Assembly: GCA_002698995.1 (NCBI GenBank)
Contig: PAAX01000001.1
Span: 1,422 to 65,421, forward strand
Source of the DNA: Ignavibacteriota bacterium
GTDB taxonomy: Bacteria; Bacteroidota; Ignavibacteria; Ignavibacteriales; Melioribacteraceae
Direction: 5' to 3'
DNA length: 64,000 bases
Below the pieces are notes generated by a model. It was given only the letters and a program-made list of their open reading frames with translations, was not told the origin of the DNA and ran no database searches. Both the position numbers and the translations under genes were made by a program. This document shows positions 40,282 to 51,070 of this stretch, one piece after another (within the stretch, counting starts at the first letter, position 1; each line of letters starts with the position of its first letter).

Positions 40282-41172
40282 TTGTTTAAAAAAATAAAAA
40301 GTGATGCAAATCTTTACTCGATATTAGTATTAATTTTTTTATCAATAATTTGGGGAAGTTCATTTATACTAATTAAAAAAGGGTTAATTGCATTTTCTCC
40401 CATTCAGGTAGGGGCAATTAGAGTCTTTTTTGCTTCAATAATTCTTCTTCCTTTTGCTGTAAAAAATTATAAAAAGTATTTTAGTAAATACAAATATTTA
40501 TTTCTGATTTTTGCAGTACTCTCTAATCTCTCTCCCGCAATTTTATTTGCTTTAGCTGAATCTGAAATCTCCAGTTCATTAGCGGGAATATTAAATGCTT
40601 TAACCCCAATATTTACATTTATTGTTGGTGCTCTATTTTTTGGAACTGAGAAAAGAATAAATCAAATATTCGGATTAATTCTAGGAATTTTTGGTTCGGT
40701 TCTTTTAATAGTTGTAGGAAGTTCCGGTGAAATTGGTGAAATTAATTACTTTTCACTTTTTGTAGTTCTTGCAACTTTATTTTACGGAATTAGTGCCAAC
40801 ATTGTAAAAAGATTTTTTCAAGATGTCCATCCAATAGCATTGACTTCATTAGCATTTATGACTCTTATCCCGATTTCTATTATTATTCTAATTACAACAG
40901 ATACTCTTTCGGTGCTTCAGAATAATGAATCTGCTTACGAATCATTATTCTTTCTTTTTATACTTGGAGTTGTTGGAACTGCATTTGCTCTAATTTTATT
41001 CAATAAAGTAATTCAAACAACCTCTGCAGTTTTTGCATCAACAGTAACATATTTAATTCCAATTGTAGCTGTAATGTGGGGAGTAATTGATAATGAACCG
41101 ATTTTTCTTATTCATATAATTGGAATGATTGTTATTATAGTAGGCATCTACTTTGTTAATTATAAAAAGTAA
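40282..41172 (+). CDS. EamA/DMT family transporter
   Basis: Ten TM helices. TTG start as in the ORF track. Confidence 0.8.
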   Translation: MFKKIKSDANLYSILVLIFLSIIWGSSFILIKKGLIAFSPIQVGAIRVFFASIILLPFAVKNYKKYFSKYKYLFLIFAVLSNLSPAILFALAESEISSSLAGILNALTPIFTFIVGALFFGTEKRINQIFGLILGIFGSVLLIVVGSSGEIGEINYFSLFVVLATLFYGISANIVKRFFQDVHPIALTSLAFMTLIPISIIILITTDTLSVLQNNESAYESLFFLFILGVVGTAFALILFNKVIQTTSAVFASTVTYLIPIVAVMWGVIDNEPIFLIHIIGMIVIIVGIYFVNYKK

Positions 41173-41236
41173 TTTACTGCAAAAATATTTTTAGCTGTCT
41201 CTCTTGTTCTGTTAAAAGAACCTATTTATTATTATT

Positions 41237-43756
41237 TTGAAACATCAATTTGTTGAACAGATGGAGAATTATATGAAATTAGCTTCAGCTCCAAGAAAAA
41301 CCCCGCTTAAAACAGAACAATTAAAATGGACTTGCGACCCTGAACTTTTCGAATTAGAAACAACCGAAAAAGCAAAACCGATTGAAGGAATTATTGGACA
41401 AGAAAGAGCTTTGAAGGCTCTAAAGTTAGGAGTTGAACTTAAGAGTCAAGGTTATAATATATTTATAACCGGTCTTTCAGGAACGGGTAAATTTACAACA
41501 GTTAAAAAAATGCTCGAAGCTATTAGTCCGAGCTGTCCTAAACTTTTTGATTACGCTTATGTTAACAACTTTGATGATAGAGACAGACCTATACTTTTAA
41601 CATTTCCTTCAGGAAAAGCGATATTATTTCAAAAAGATTTACAGCAGACAATTCAATATCTGCAGGATAATATTCCTCAAGTTTTAGAAAACGAACCGTT
41701 TACATCTCAAAAAGGAAAATTAATTAAACAGTTCCAGCAGAAGCACAAAGAGCTATTCGGTGGATTTGAAGAAGAATTAAAAAAAGAAAAACTAACTCTT
41801 GGGGAATTAAAGATTGGTGATACTCCTCGTCCCGAAATATTTGCAGTTATAAATAATGAACCCGTTCTGATACATAACCTAAATGAATATATAAATAATA
41901 AAGTTATTACCGAAGAGCAAGCTGAAAGCATTCGAGAAAAGTATAATCAGTACCAGCAGAAACTTCAAACTGTTCTTAAAACCGGCTGGGAAATAAATAA
42001 AGATTTTTCAAAAGAATTAGAAAGCCTTGAAAAGGAAAGTGTATCGCAGCTAATTAATGTTGCTCTTAATGATATTAAGAAAAAATACAAAGTAAAAAAT
42101 ATTAAGGAATATTTAGATCTTGTAGAAGAAAATATTCTAAAGGACTTAGCCATTTTCAAAGGTGTTAAACCTGCACAGCAGCAGACAGAAAACGGCGATA
42201 TAATTGATTATCTAAAAGATTATGAAGTAAATATCATTCTCGATAATTCTAAAGTTAAAGAATGTCCTGTTATTATTGAAACTTCCCCTACTCATACAAA
42301 TCTTTTTGGAAATATTGAAAAGTTTAATGACGGCTACGGCGGATGGTATGCAGATTATTCTAAAATTAAAGCCGGTTCTTTATTAAGAGCTAATGGCGGT
42401 TATCTTGTTATAAATGCAATCGATGCTTTTTCAGAACCGGGTGTTTGGAAAAGTTTAAAGAGAGTTTTGTTATATGGATTTTTGGAAATACAGGATATTG
42501 CAAGTGTATTCCAAGTAACTACAAGTGTACTTAAACCAGAACCAATACCAATAAATACGAAAATTATTTTCATTGGTAATAATTATATCTATTCATATCT
42601 CTCTCAAGCCGAAGATGATTTTAATAAAATCTTTAAAGTGAAAGCTGAGTTTGATTATGAAATGAACAGAAGCGAAAGAACAATTAGCGAATATGTTCAA
42701 TTCATTAAGAAACTTGTTCAATCTGAAGACCTATTGGATTTTGATAAAAGTGGAATTGCAAAAATAACTGAACATGGTGCCAGATATGCCGGTGATCAAA
42801 ATAAATTAACAACACGTTTTTCTTATTTAGCCGATCTTATTCGTGAATCGGTTTTCTGGGCAAAGGATAACGGCGATAAACTTGTTAATGCGTATCATGT
42901 AAATCAAGCTTACCATTCAATGGTTGATAGACAGGGACTTTATGAATCAAAAATGAAAGAGATGATTGATGAGGGAACAATATTAATTGATACTAAAGGG
43001 AAAAGGGTTGGACAGATAAATGGTTTGGCAGTTTACGGAAACGGAAATTTCTCATTTGGCAAACCCTCAAGAATTACTGCAACAACGAGTCTGGGTAACG
43101 GCAATATAATAAACGTTGAACGTGAAGCAGGCTTAAGCGGAAATACTCATAACAAAGGGATTTTAATTATTACAGGATATTTTAGAGAAACCTTTGGAAA
43201 GAAAATTCCTTTATCTTTTACCGCCAGTATTGTTTTTGAACAAGGTTATGGAACCATAGATGGAGATAGTGCTTCTATTACCGAAATATGTGCTTTGCTT
43301 TCTTCTCTTTCATGCGTTCCTATTAAGCAGAATTATGCAATTACAGGTTCGGTAAACCAAAAGGGGGATATTCAACCGATTGGCGGAGTGAACGAAAAAG
43401 TTGAAGGTTTTTATGAAGTCTGCAAGTTAAAAGGATTTACTAAAGATCAGGGAGTTATTATTCCTAAACAGAATATTAAGGATTTAATGCTGAAGGATGA
43501 AGTTATAGAATCAGTGAAGAAAAAGGAATTTAGAATTTATGCAGTAGAAAAAGTTTCGGAAGCAATTGAAATATTAACAGGTATTAAAGCTGGTGAACCT
43601 AATGAACATGGACATTATCCGGTAAATACCCTGTTTGGAACTGTAGAAAAAACCTTAAAGGAAATGCGTCAAGCTATGAAAGGACAGCAGGCGCCAAGCA
43701 ACGCTCAGCCTGCGCAGACAAAAACTCAAACAAAAAAAACTAAAAAGAAGAAATAA
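41237..43756 (+). CDS. Lon-like ATP-dependent protease (LonB/COG1067-like)
   Basis: Walker A GLSGTGKF. C-terminal Lon protease domain with DGDSASITE (Ser) and GGVNEKVEGF (Lys). The start is uncertain (TTG 41237 or ATG 41261/41273). Confidence 0.85.
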   Translation: MKHQFVEQMENYMKLASAPRKTPLKTEQLKWTCDPELFELETTEKAKPIEGIIGQERALKALKLGVELKSQGYNIFITGLSGTGKFTTVKKMLEAISPSCPKLFDYAYVNNFDDRDRPILLTFPSGKAILFQKDLQQTIQYLQDNIPQVLENEPFTSQKGKLIKQFQQKHKELFGGFEEELKKEKLTLGELKIGDTPRPEIFAVINNEPVLIHNLNEYINNKVITEEQAESIREKYNQYQQKLQTVLKTGWEINKDFSKELESLEKESVSQLINVALNDIKKKYKVKNIKEYLDLVEENILKDLAIFKGVKPAQQQTENGDIIDYLKDYEVNIILDNSKVKECPVIIETSPTHTNLFGNIEKFNDGYGGWYADYSKIKAGSLLRANGGYLVINAIDAFSEPGVWKSLKRVLLYGFLEIQDIASVFQVTTSVLKPEPIPINTKIIFIGNNYIYSYLSQAEDDFNKIFKVKAEFDYEMNRSERTISEYVQFIKKLVQSEDLLDFDKSGIAKITEHGARYAGDQNKLTTRFSYLADLIRESVFWAKDNGDKLVNAYHVNQAYHSMVDRQGLYESKMKEMIDEGTILIDTKGKRVGQINGLAVYGNGNFSFGKPSRITATTSLGNGNIINVEREAGLSGNTHNKGILIITGYFRETFGKKIPLSFTASIVFEQGYGTIDGDSASITEICALLSSLSCVPIKQNYAITGSVNQKGDIQPIGGVNEKVEGFYEVCKLKGFTKDQGVIIPKQNIKDLMLKDEVIESVKKKEFRIYAVEKVSEAIEILTGIKAGEPNEHGHYPVNTLFGTVEKTLKEMRQAMKGQQAPSNAQPAQTKTQTKKTKKKK

Positions 43757-45184
43757 ATGAGAAATTTTGTTAAAGCAAAAATATTAGCAACATTAGGACC
43801 AGCAACAGATTCAGCAAATTTTATAAAAGATCTGGTAAAAGCCGGGGTTGATGGAATTAGACTTAATTTTTCACACGGCAGCTTTAAGTATTTCGAAGAA
43901 GTATTCACTAATATAAATCAAGCTTGTGTTGATTTAGCCGCTCCTATTCCTATTCTTATTGATTTACAAGGACCTAAAATCCGTGCAGGTGAAATTGAGA
44001 GCGGTGCTGCAATTCTTAAAGAAGGTAAAACAATAGTTATAACCACAAAAGATGTTATTGGTAATTCGGAAGTAATTTCAACCACATATAAAGAATTAGT
44101 TAAAGATGCTAAAGTTGGAAATAAAATTTTACTTGATGATGGATTAATCCAATTAGAAATAATTTCTAAAAAGAAAGATCAGTTGGTTTGTAAAATTATT
44201 GAAGGGGGAATTCTTAGATCAAAAAAGGGAATGAATCTGCCAGGAATGAATTTATCAACTCCTTCTATCACTGAAAAAGATTTAGAAAATCTGGAATTTG
44301 CATTGAAGCACCGTGTAGATTTTATAGCACTTTCTTTTGTTAGAAAAGCTGAGGATATAAAACAATTAAAAGAATGGCTGAAAGCAAAAGGATATAATAA
44401 ACCGGTAATTGCAAAAATAGAAAAGCCTGAAGCAGTAAATAATTTTGATTCTATACTAGAGCAGGCAGATGGAATAATGGTTGCAAGAGGGGACTTAGGT
44501 GTTGAGATGGAACCATATGAAGTCCCAATAATTCAGAAAAAGATTATTAGTAAGTGTAATGCAGTTGGAAAGTTTGTTATCACTGCAACACAAATGCTGG
44601 AATCGATGATTAACAATCCTATGCCTACAAGAGCCGAAGCATCTGATGTGGCAAATGCAGTGCTTGACGGAACCGACGTTGTAATGTTGAGCGGTGAAAC
44701 TTCGATTGGCAATTATCCAATTGATACTGTTGAAATGATGAACAGCATTTTAGACAGGACCGAAAACTCGAGTCATTATACCAGATCAATTAAAAGGGAA
44801 ATTCCTATAGATGTTGTTTCAAATATTTTTGACGCTGCAGGAAGATCAGTTTCTGAAATGGCTGAACAAATAAATGCAAAAGCAATAGTAGCATTTACAC
44901 ATCATGGTAGAAAAGCAAGAGTAATTTCAAAGTATCGCCCAACGGTGCCAATAGTTGCAGTATCAGATAGTTTTGAAACATTGAATAATCTTAATCTCTA
45001 TTGGGGAGTAATTCCCATATTTTTAGAAAATTTTGAAAAAGATGAAGAGAAATCAATAAAGCATGCTAAAGATTATCTTCTGAAAAATGGAATTGTAAAA
45101 AAGAAAGATATTTTGTTATTTACTTCCGGAGCACCTTTAAAAGAAAAAGGAAGAAAGCATTGGATGTATTTTGAAGAAGCATAA
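43757..45184 (+). CDS. pyk: Pyruvate kinase
   Basis: KILATLGPA, RLNFSHG, MVARGDLGVE and the MLSGETS signature. Confidence 0.95.
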   Translation: MRNFVKAKILATLGPATDSANFIKDLVKAGVDGIRLNFSHGSFKYFEEVFTNINQACVDLAAPIPILIDLQGPKIRAGEIESGAAILKEGKTIVITTKDVIGNSEVISTTYKELVKDAKVGNKILLDDGLIQLEIISKKKDQLVCKIIEGGILRSKKGMNLPGMNLSTPSITEKDLENLEFALKHRVDFIALSFVRKAEDIKQLKEWLKAKGYNKPVIAKIEKPEAVNNFDSILEQADGIMVARGDLGVEMEPYEVPIIQKKIISKCNAVGKFVITATQMLESMINNPMPTRAEASDVANAVLDGTDVVMLSGETSIGNYPIDTVEMMNSILDRTENSSHYTRSIKREIPIDVVSNIFDAAGRSVSEMAEQINAKAIVAFTHHGRKARVISKYRPTVPIVAVSDSFETLNNLNLYWGVIPIFLENFEKDEEKSIKHAKDYLLKNGIVKKKDILLFTSGAPLKEKGRKHWMYFEEA

Positions 45185-45189
45185 TAATT

Positions 45190-46212
45190 ATGATTTCTCA
45201 AAATTATAAATTAGCTGATTGGTGGGAGACAAAAGATAACGGTAAAATTCTATGTACACTTTGTCCCCGCTACTGCACAATTGGAGAAGGGCAGAAAGGT
45301 TTCTGTTTTATCCGAGAAAATATTGACGGTAAATTATATTCAACCGGATACGGAAGACCAATCGGATTTGCAATTGATCCAATTGAAAAAAAACCTCTTA
45401 ATCATTTTTATCCCGGAAGTCAGATATTAAGCTTTGGAACTGCAGGATGTAATTTGGGCTGCAAGTTTTGTCAGAATTGGCATATTTCTAAAGCTAAAAT
45501 TGATGAAACAAATGCACTTTATGCTTCTCCTGAGGATGTGATAAATTTAGCTAAAAACCACAATGTCCCTTCAATTGCTTTTACATATAATGATCCGACT
45601 ATATTTGGCGAGTATGTAATTGATATATCAAAAATTGCAAAAGAAGAAAAAATTAATTCCGTAATGGTAACGGCTGGATATATCGATAAAAAAGCCAGGA
45701 AAGATGTTTATAAATATATTGATGCTGCAAATGTTGATTTAAAAGCTTTTACCGAACAGTTCTATCATAAAATTACATTCTCTCATCTAAATGATGTTTT
45801 AGATACTTTATTTTGGTTAAAACATGAGACCGACATTTGGTTTGAAATTACTACATTATTAATCCCGGATGAAAATGATAGTGATGATGAAATTAAAAAA
45901 ATGTGCGATTGGATTTTAGCAAATTTAGGAGATACGGTTCCGCTCCATTTTACTGCGTTTCATCCCGATTTTAAGATGCGGGATAAATCCAGAACCCCGG
46001 AAGCTACATTAATTAGAGCAAGAAACATCGCACTAAAGACCGGATTAAAATATTGCTACTTAGGAAATATTCATAACAAAGAAGGTCAATCTACTTACTG
46101 TCCTAATTGTAAAGAAAAATTAATTGAAAGAAACTGGCATTCGATTACATCTTCACATATGAATAAATCGAAATGCAGTAATTGCGGTTTTGAAATAGAT
46201 GGGAGGTTTTAA
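45190..46212 (+). CDS. amrS: AmmeMemoRadiSam system radical SAM enzyme
   Basis: CNLGCKFCQNW cluster, N-terminal C..C..C cluster and a C-terminal CPNC...CSNCG zinc ribbon. Confidence 0.85.
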   Translation: MISQNYKLADWWETKDNGKILCTLCPRYCTIGEGQKGFCFIRENIDGKLYSTGYGRPIGFAIDPIEKKPLNHFYPGSQILSFGTAGCNLGCKFCQNWHISKAKIDETNALYASPEDVINLAKNHNVPSIAFTYNDPTIFGEYVIDISKIAKEEKINSVMVTAGYIDKKARKDVYKYIDAANVDLKAFTEQFYHKITFSHLNDVLDTLFWLKHETDIWFEITTLLIPDENDSDDEIKKMCDWILANLGDTVPLHFTAFHPDFKMRDKSRTPEATLIRARNIALKTGLKYCYLGNIHNKEGQSTYCPNCKEKLIERNWHSITSSHMNKSKCSNCGFEIDGRF

Positions 46213-46244
46213 TTAACCAACGGATTAATCCGTTGGTTAATTAA
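46209..46244. terminator. 36-nt perfect palindrome between convergent genes (bidirectional terminator candidate)
   Basis: TTAATTAACCAACGGATTAATCCGTTGGTTAATTAA, overlapping the amrS stop codon. Confidence 0.55.
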
Positions 46245-46291
46245 ATAAAATTAGGCTGCCTTAAAATTCATATTTTCAGATAGCCCTTAAT

Positions 46292-47701
46292 CTATCTTGT
46301 AATTCCAAATAACGATGTTTTTGTTTTACCGTTTGCACCATCAGAAATTGCTTCAATTGTAATTAATTGTTCATTTTCTGTTTTAGAAGTATCAGTAGCT
46401 GTAAAATAGAAAATAGTCCAAGTCTTACTTTGTGTATCGGGAATGGAAACATCAATATCCCCATCTAATTTAAGAGTATTTTCTTCTAAAATGCTAATTT
46501 TTAAAGATTGATTTTCTGACATTGGGTTTCCATTAATATCCATTAAAGTAACTAAAAATTCTTGGGAACCTAAATTTGGAATATCAAAATTATTTGGAGA
46601 TAATGTAATGATTGGTTCAAAACTTTGTATTTTTGCTGTTGAGGCTATAATTATATTTTGATTCTCATCAACTGTTCTTGCTTCAACACTAAAATAACCT
46701 TTACCATATTCAGGAAGATTAGGAGTTGGACCTGTAAGTAAAGTTACAGTCACTGTTCCTAATTTATCAGTTTGACCTGATCCTTCAATAATTCCGCTCG
46801 AAGTCGAAAAATAAACTGAGGTCTGCGGTCTTACTGGATTGCTGTATTTATCACCAACATAAGCAGTAAATTCAATTGGGAAACCTACGACTGAGTATGC
46901 TGGATAATTAACTTTTTCCGAAACAACATAGAAATTATCTGAATATGGCAAACCGCCGTGAATTGCAATTGCAACCGGTTGTGATCTAATCAAACTATTA
47001 TCGGAAGTAAATTCTGCAACAATCTGAATTACACCTGCAATTGTACCGCTTGTAACAAATAATTCTACTTGACCAAATTCATCAGTTAATGCTGAAGCAA
47101 CGGAAAGAAACTCACCGCCGTTTGGTCCCGCACCAATCTTAAATGAAACAGCTACTTGATTTTCGATATTTATAGGAATACCGGTTGAATCCTGAACTTC
47201 AAATAAAAGTCTTGCAGTTTCCGGCGATCCGCTCTCTTTAACTCCAATGCTTGGAACGCTTTGATTTTTTAAGTATATAGAAGCCGGTTTGCCCGGAGTT
47301 GGGATAACGGCTGCAGAAGTATCCTGCATAAGTTTTATATCATCAACGGTTAATGTGCTGTTAGCCAAAATTGCATAAGCTGTAGTTGTATCTTTTAAGT
47401 ATCCGTTTTTTGAGGTAATCAATTTAAGTTCGGTATCACCGGTTAGAGCAATTTGTAATGAGAACTCTCCGGAACTGTTTGTTGATGCGCCTTTTTCAGT
47501 TTCATTAAAAATTAAGCGTACAACTGCATTAGAAAGAACTCCATTTGTGATTAAATCATAAACTTTACCTTTTACCGTGAAATTAGTTTCAGTTGTAGGA
47601 TCAGTTGGAGTTGAACCATCATCTTTTTTTAATTCACAACTGGTTACTAAGATTAAAGTAACGATGATAAATAAAAATGACAGAAAAGTTTTTATTTTCA
47701 T
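46292..47701 (-). CDS. Lipoprotein with carboxypeptidase-regulatory-like and Ig-like repeats
   Basis: I prefer the ATG at 47701, which gives MKIKTFLSFLFIIVTLILVTSC (lipobox). The rest is beta-rich repeats. Confidence 0.7.
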   Translation of the reverse strand: MKIKTFLSFLFIIVTLILVTSCELKKDDGSTPTDPTTETNFTVKGKVYDLITNGVLSNAVVRLIFNETEKGASTNSSGEFSLQIALTGDTELKLITSKNGYLKDTTTAYAILANSTLTVDDIKLMQDTSAAVIPTPGKPASIYLKNQSVPSIGVKESGSPETARLLFEVQDSTGIPINIENQVAVSFKIGAGPNGGEFLSVASALTDEFGQVELFVTSGTIAGVIQIVAEFTSDNSLIRSQPVAIAIHGGLPYSDNFYVVSEKVNYPAYSVVGFPIEFTAYVGDKYSNPVRPQTSVYFSTSSGIIEGSGQTDKLGTVTVTLLTGPTPNLPEYGKGYFSVEARTVDENQNIIIASTAKIQSFEPIITLSPNNFDIPNLGSQEFLVTLMDINGNPMSENQSLKISILEENTLKLDGDIDVSIPDTQSKTWTIFYFTATDTSKTENEQLITIEAISDGANGKTKTSLFGITR

Positions 47702-47883
47702 TTTATTCTCTTTTATTAAAATGATTATGCTTTCTATTATCGAGAAAAATTTAGTTTCTATTAGTCGTAAAGTCAATTATAATTTTTAACTGTATGCTTA
47801 AGATCAATTGAGGAAGGATAAAATTTTTAATAAGCAATGAATGAAACATGATTATTCATTCACTGCCTATTAAAATTAAAGAA

Positions 47884-50052
47884 TTACTTAATCATGCTGA
47901 GTGCAATCCTTCCTTTTTCTTTATCAGCCGAAATTATTGTTACATCAATTATATCACCAACATTAAGCACTTCAATCGGGTGTTTGATATATTTATCGGC
48001 TATTTGGGAAATGTGAAGAAGTCCATCCTGCTTAACACCAATATCTACAAAGGCACCAAAATCAACAACATTTCTTACGGTTCCTTTTAATCTCATTCCT
48101 TCTTCCAAATCTTCAATTTTCAGAACATCACTTCTTAAAATTGGTTTAGGCATTTCTTCACGCGGATCGCGTCCCGGTTTCTTTAAATTCTCTAAAATAT
48201 CCTGAAGAGTTGGAATTCCCGTTTCTATCTCCTCGGCAATCTTCTCAAGATTTTTAGACTTTACAAATAATTCTATCAAAGAACCTTTTTTTGAAATCTC
48301 TTTTGAATCAACTTTCGCAATATTCAAAAGTTTTTCTACTGCATTGTATGACTCGGGGTGAATAAAAGTATTGTCCAAAGGATTTTCTCCGTTTGGAATT
48401 TTCAAAAATCCAACTGACTGCTCAAATACTTTTTCTCCAATCCCTTTTACCTGTAATAATTGCTTCCTATCGGTAAATTTTCCTTTTTCATTTCTATATT
48501 CTACAATATTATTCGCAATATTTTTAGATAGTCCTGATACATAAGTCAATAATGATGCCGAAGCTGTATTCAAATCAACACCAACATAATTAACGCAGCT
48601 TACCACAACATCATCCAGCTTTTTTCCTAACAATTTTTGATCTACATCATGCTGATACAAACCGACTCCAATTGATTTTGGATCAATTTTTACGAGCTCG
48701 GCTAAAGGATCGAGAACTCTTCTTGCAATGGAAATATTTCCTCTTTGTGCTGCTTCTAATTCAGGAAACTCCAGTTTTGCAACTGTTGAAGCAGAATAAA
48801 CTGAGGCTCCGGCTTCATTTGTAATTAAGTAATTACATTTAAGATTATTCTCTTTTATTAATTCGGCAATCATTAATTCCGTTTCTCTGCTTGCTGTGCC
48901 GTTTCCAATAGAAATCAATTCTACATTATATTTCTTAACATAAGCAGCAACCGTTCTTTTAGCGTCGCTCATTTTATTCTGCGGAGGATGAGGATAAATT
49001 GTATTTCCTTCTAAATATTTCCCTGTACTGTCAATTACTGCAACTTTACAGCCTGAAACAAATCCCGGATCAATTCCCATAATAATTTTATCTGCAATTG
49101 GGGGCTGAAGTAAAAGCTGTCTTAGGTTTGAGGCAAAAATTTCAACTGCATGTAAATCTGCATTTTCGGTTAACTGATTTCTAACTTCTCTTTCTATTGA
49201 AGGATAAAGTAATCGAGTAAATGAATCATCAACTACTTCTCTTAATAATTCTTCAAATACGGTTTCATCATAAGTAAGATATTTGTCATAAATTTCAGAA
49301 AGAATTTGAGGTTTATCAAAACTTAGTACAACTTTAAGAAATTTATCTCTTTCTCCTCTGTTTAAAGCAAGAATTTGATACTGCTTGATTTTCTTAATTT
49401 CCATTTTGAAATCATGATAGATTTCATAAACATCTTTTTTATTCTTAGGTAAGTCTTCTGATTTTGTATTTGCTTTTGTTGAGACTATAGTCGATTCTTC
49501 AATTAAAAATTCTCTTACCAACTGTCTTATATCAGCATCTTCCGAAATTCTTTCGGCAATAATATCTTTTGCCCCTTGCTTGGCATCAAATATTGTCTTA
49601 ACCCCTTTTTCTTCATTAATGTATTTTGATAACTCATCATCAAAATTTCCTTTGAATTTTGGATTCTGTAATATAAAATCGGCAAGAGGTTCCAAACCTT
49701 TAGCAATCGCAATTGTAGCGCGTGTTTTTCTTTTTGGTTTATAAGGAAGATATAAATCTTCAACTTCCTGAAGTTTTTCTGCCGCAGTAATTTTTGCTTT
49801 TAATTCGTCTGTAAGTTTACCCTGTTCTTCAATACTTTTTAGAACTGTAGCTTTTCTATCCTCAAGCAGAGTAAGGTAGTTCAATCTTTCTTCAATATTT
49901 CTTAATTGATCTTCATCCAAACCATCCGTTTTCTCTTTTCTATAACGTGCAATAAAAGGAATTGTTGCTCCTTCATCAAAAAGATTTATTACAGCTTTTA
50001 CCTGGTTTACAGTTATGTTTAATTCTTTAGAAACGACTAAAGGAATATTCAT
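47884..50052 (-). CDS. tex: Transcription accessory protein Tex (S1 domain)
   Basis: N-terminal IARYRKE, a YqgF-like centre, HhH motifs and a C-terminal S1 domain (GTVRNVVDFGAFVDIG). Confidence 0.95.
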   Translation of the reverse strand: MNIPLVVSKELNITVNQVKAVINLFDEGATIPFIARYRKEKTDGLDEDQLRNIEERLNYLTLLEDRKATVLKSIEEQGKLTDELKAKITAAEKLQEVEDLYLPYKPKRKTRATIAIAKGLEPLADFILQNPKFKGNFDDELSKYINEEKGVKTIFDAKQGAKDIIAERISEDADIRQLVREFLIEESTIVSTKANTKSEDLPKNKKDVYEIYHDFKMEIKKIKQYQILALNRGERDKFLKVVLSFDKPQILSEIYDKYLTYDETVFEELLREVVDDSFTRLLYPSIEREVRNQLTENADLHAVEIFASNLRQLLLQPPIADKIIMGIDPGFVSGCKVAVIDSTGKYLEGNTIYPHPPQNKMSDAKRTVAAYVKKYNVELISIGNGTASRETELMIAELIKENNLKCNYLITNEAGASVYSASTVAKLEFPELEAAQRGNISIARRVLDPLAELVKIDPKSIGVGLYQHDVDQKLLGKKLDDVVVSCVNYVGVDLNTASASLLTYVSGLSKNIANNIVEYRNEKGKFTDRKQLLQVKGIGEKVFEQSVGFLKIPNGENPLDNTFIHPESYNAVEKLLNIAKVDSKEISKKGSLIELFVKSKNLEKIAEEIETGIPTLQDILENLKKPGRDPREEMPKPILRSDVLKIEDLEEGMRLKGTVRNVVDFGAFVDIGVKQDGLLHISQIADKYIKHPIEVLNVGDIIDVTIISADKEKGRIALSMIK

Positions 50053-50170
50053 TCAAACTCCCGAAATTGTGAAGGGACAAATCAAATGCAAATAAAAAAA
50101 AGTATCAACTTGATTTTTTAAAAAGAAAAATCATCAAGAAGAATTAACCACTTAAGAATTAACCGAATTT

Positions 50171-50593
50171 TTATTTATACTTATTTTTCAAAATCTGGAT
50201 TGCCCGTTTTATCATTTTTTCTAATACTTTGATATTAATATCTTCCAACTTTTTGATATATAGGCAACCCACGCTTTTTTTATACTTTCCTAAATCCGTA
50301 AGAAGATCTTCAAGACCGTCAAAATTACACATAAGATAAATGCTTAAATTCTGCTTACGTGGAGAAAATCCACATAAAAACCAATCTCCTTCGCGCCCGC
50401 TTTCATACTTATAATGATAATTTCCGAAACCAATTATAGAATTACCCCACATTTTGGGTTCTTCTTTTGTAATTTTCTTCATCAATTCAAGAAGCAAAAA
50501 TGAATCATTTCTTTTCTGTTCATTTTCAACCGAGTTAAGAAATTTATCTACGTTTCCTTTATTTTCTTTAGTTTTTAATTCTGCTTTTGCCAT
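50171..50593 (-). CDS. DUF1801 (YdhG-like) protein
   Basis: Size plus the MWGNSIIGFGNYHYKYESGREGDW motif. Confidence 0.7.
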   Translation of the reverse strand: MAKAELKTKENKGNVDKFLNSVENEQKRNDSFLLLELMKKITKEEPKMWGNSIIGFGNYHYKYESGREGDWFLCGFSPRKQNLSIYLMCNFDGLEDLLTDLGKYKKSVGCLYIKKLEDINIKVLEKMIKRAIQILKNKYK

Positions 50594-50641
50594 GCTGTTC
50601 CTTTTTTTTAATTTAGGAAATCAATAATAATTAGAAGGAAT

Positions 50642-50995
50642 ATGATGAAAATTAAAATTTACCACAAACCGACTTGTTCAACAAGTAGAAAAGCTTTGAA
50701 AATGCTTGAAGAAAATAATTCCGATTTTGAAATAGTGAAATATTATGAAGAACGGTTCACAAAAAATAAGCTTAAAACTCTATTAAAAAAAATGAATTTA
50801 GAGCCTTCCGATTTATTAAGAAAAAAAGAAAAAGCTTATAAGGATTTGGATTTTAAGAATCAGAACTATACTAAAGATCAGATTATAGAATTTATGGTAG
50901 AAAATCCAGATTTGATTGAAAGACCAATCATAGAAATAGGGGAAAAAGCAGTATTAGGCAGACCTTTAGAAAACGTAGCAAACTTTATAAAGTAA
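50642..50995 (+). CDS. ArsC/Spx family protein
   Basis: IYHKPTCSTSRKA N-terminus and ERPII near the C-terminus. Confidence 0.85.
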   Translation: MMKIKIYHKPTCSTSRKALKMLEENNSDFEIVKYYEERFTKNKLKTLLKKMNLEPSDLLRKKEKAYKDLDFKNQNYTKDQIIEFMVENPDLIERPIIEIGEKAVLGRPLENVANFIK

Positions 50996-51070
50996 AAAGC
51001 TAAACTAATTCGGAAAATAATCGATAATTGATTTGGTAAAGGATTACACTATAATCTTCATGGACGAAGA

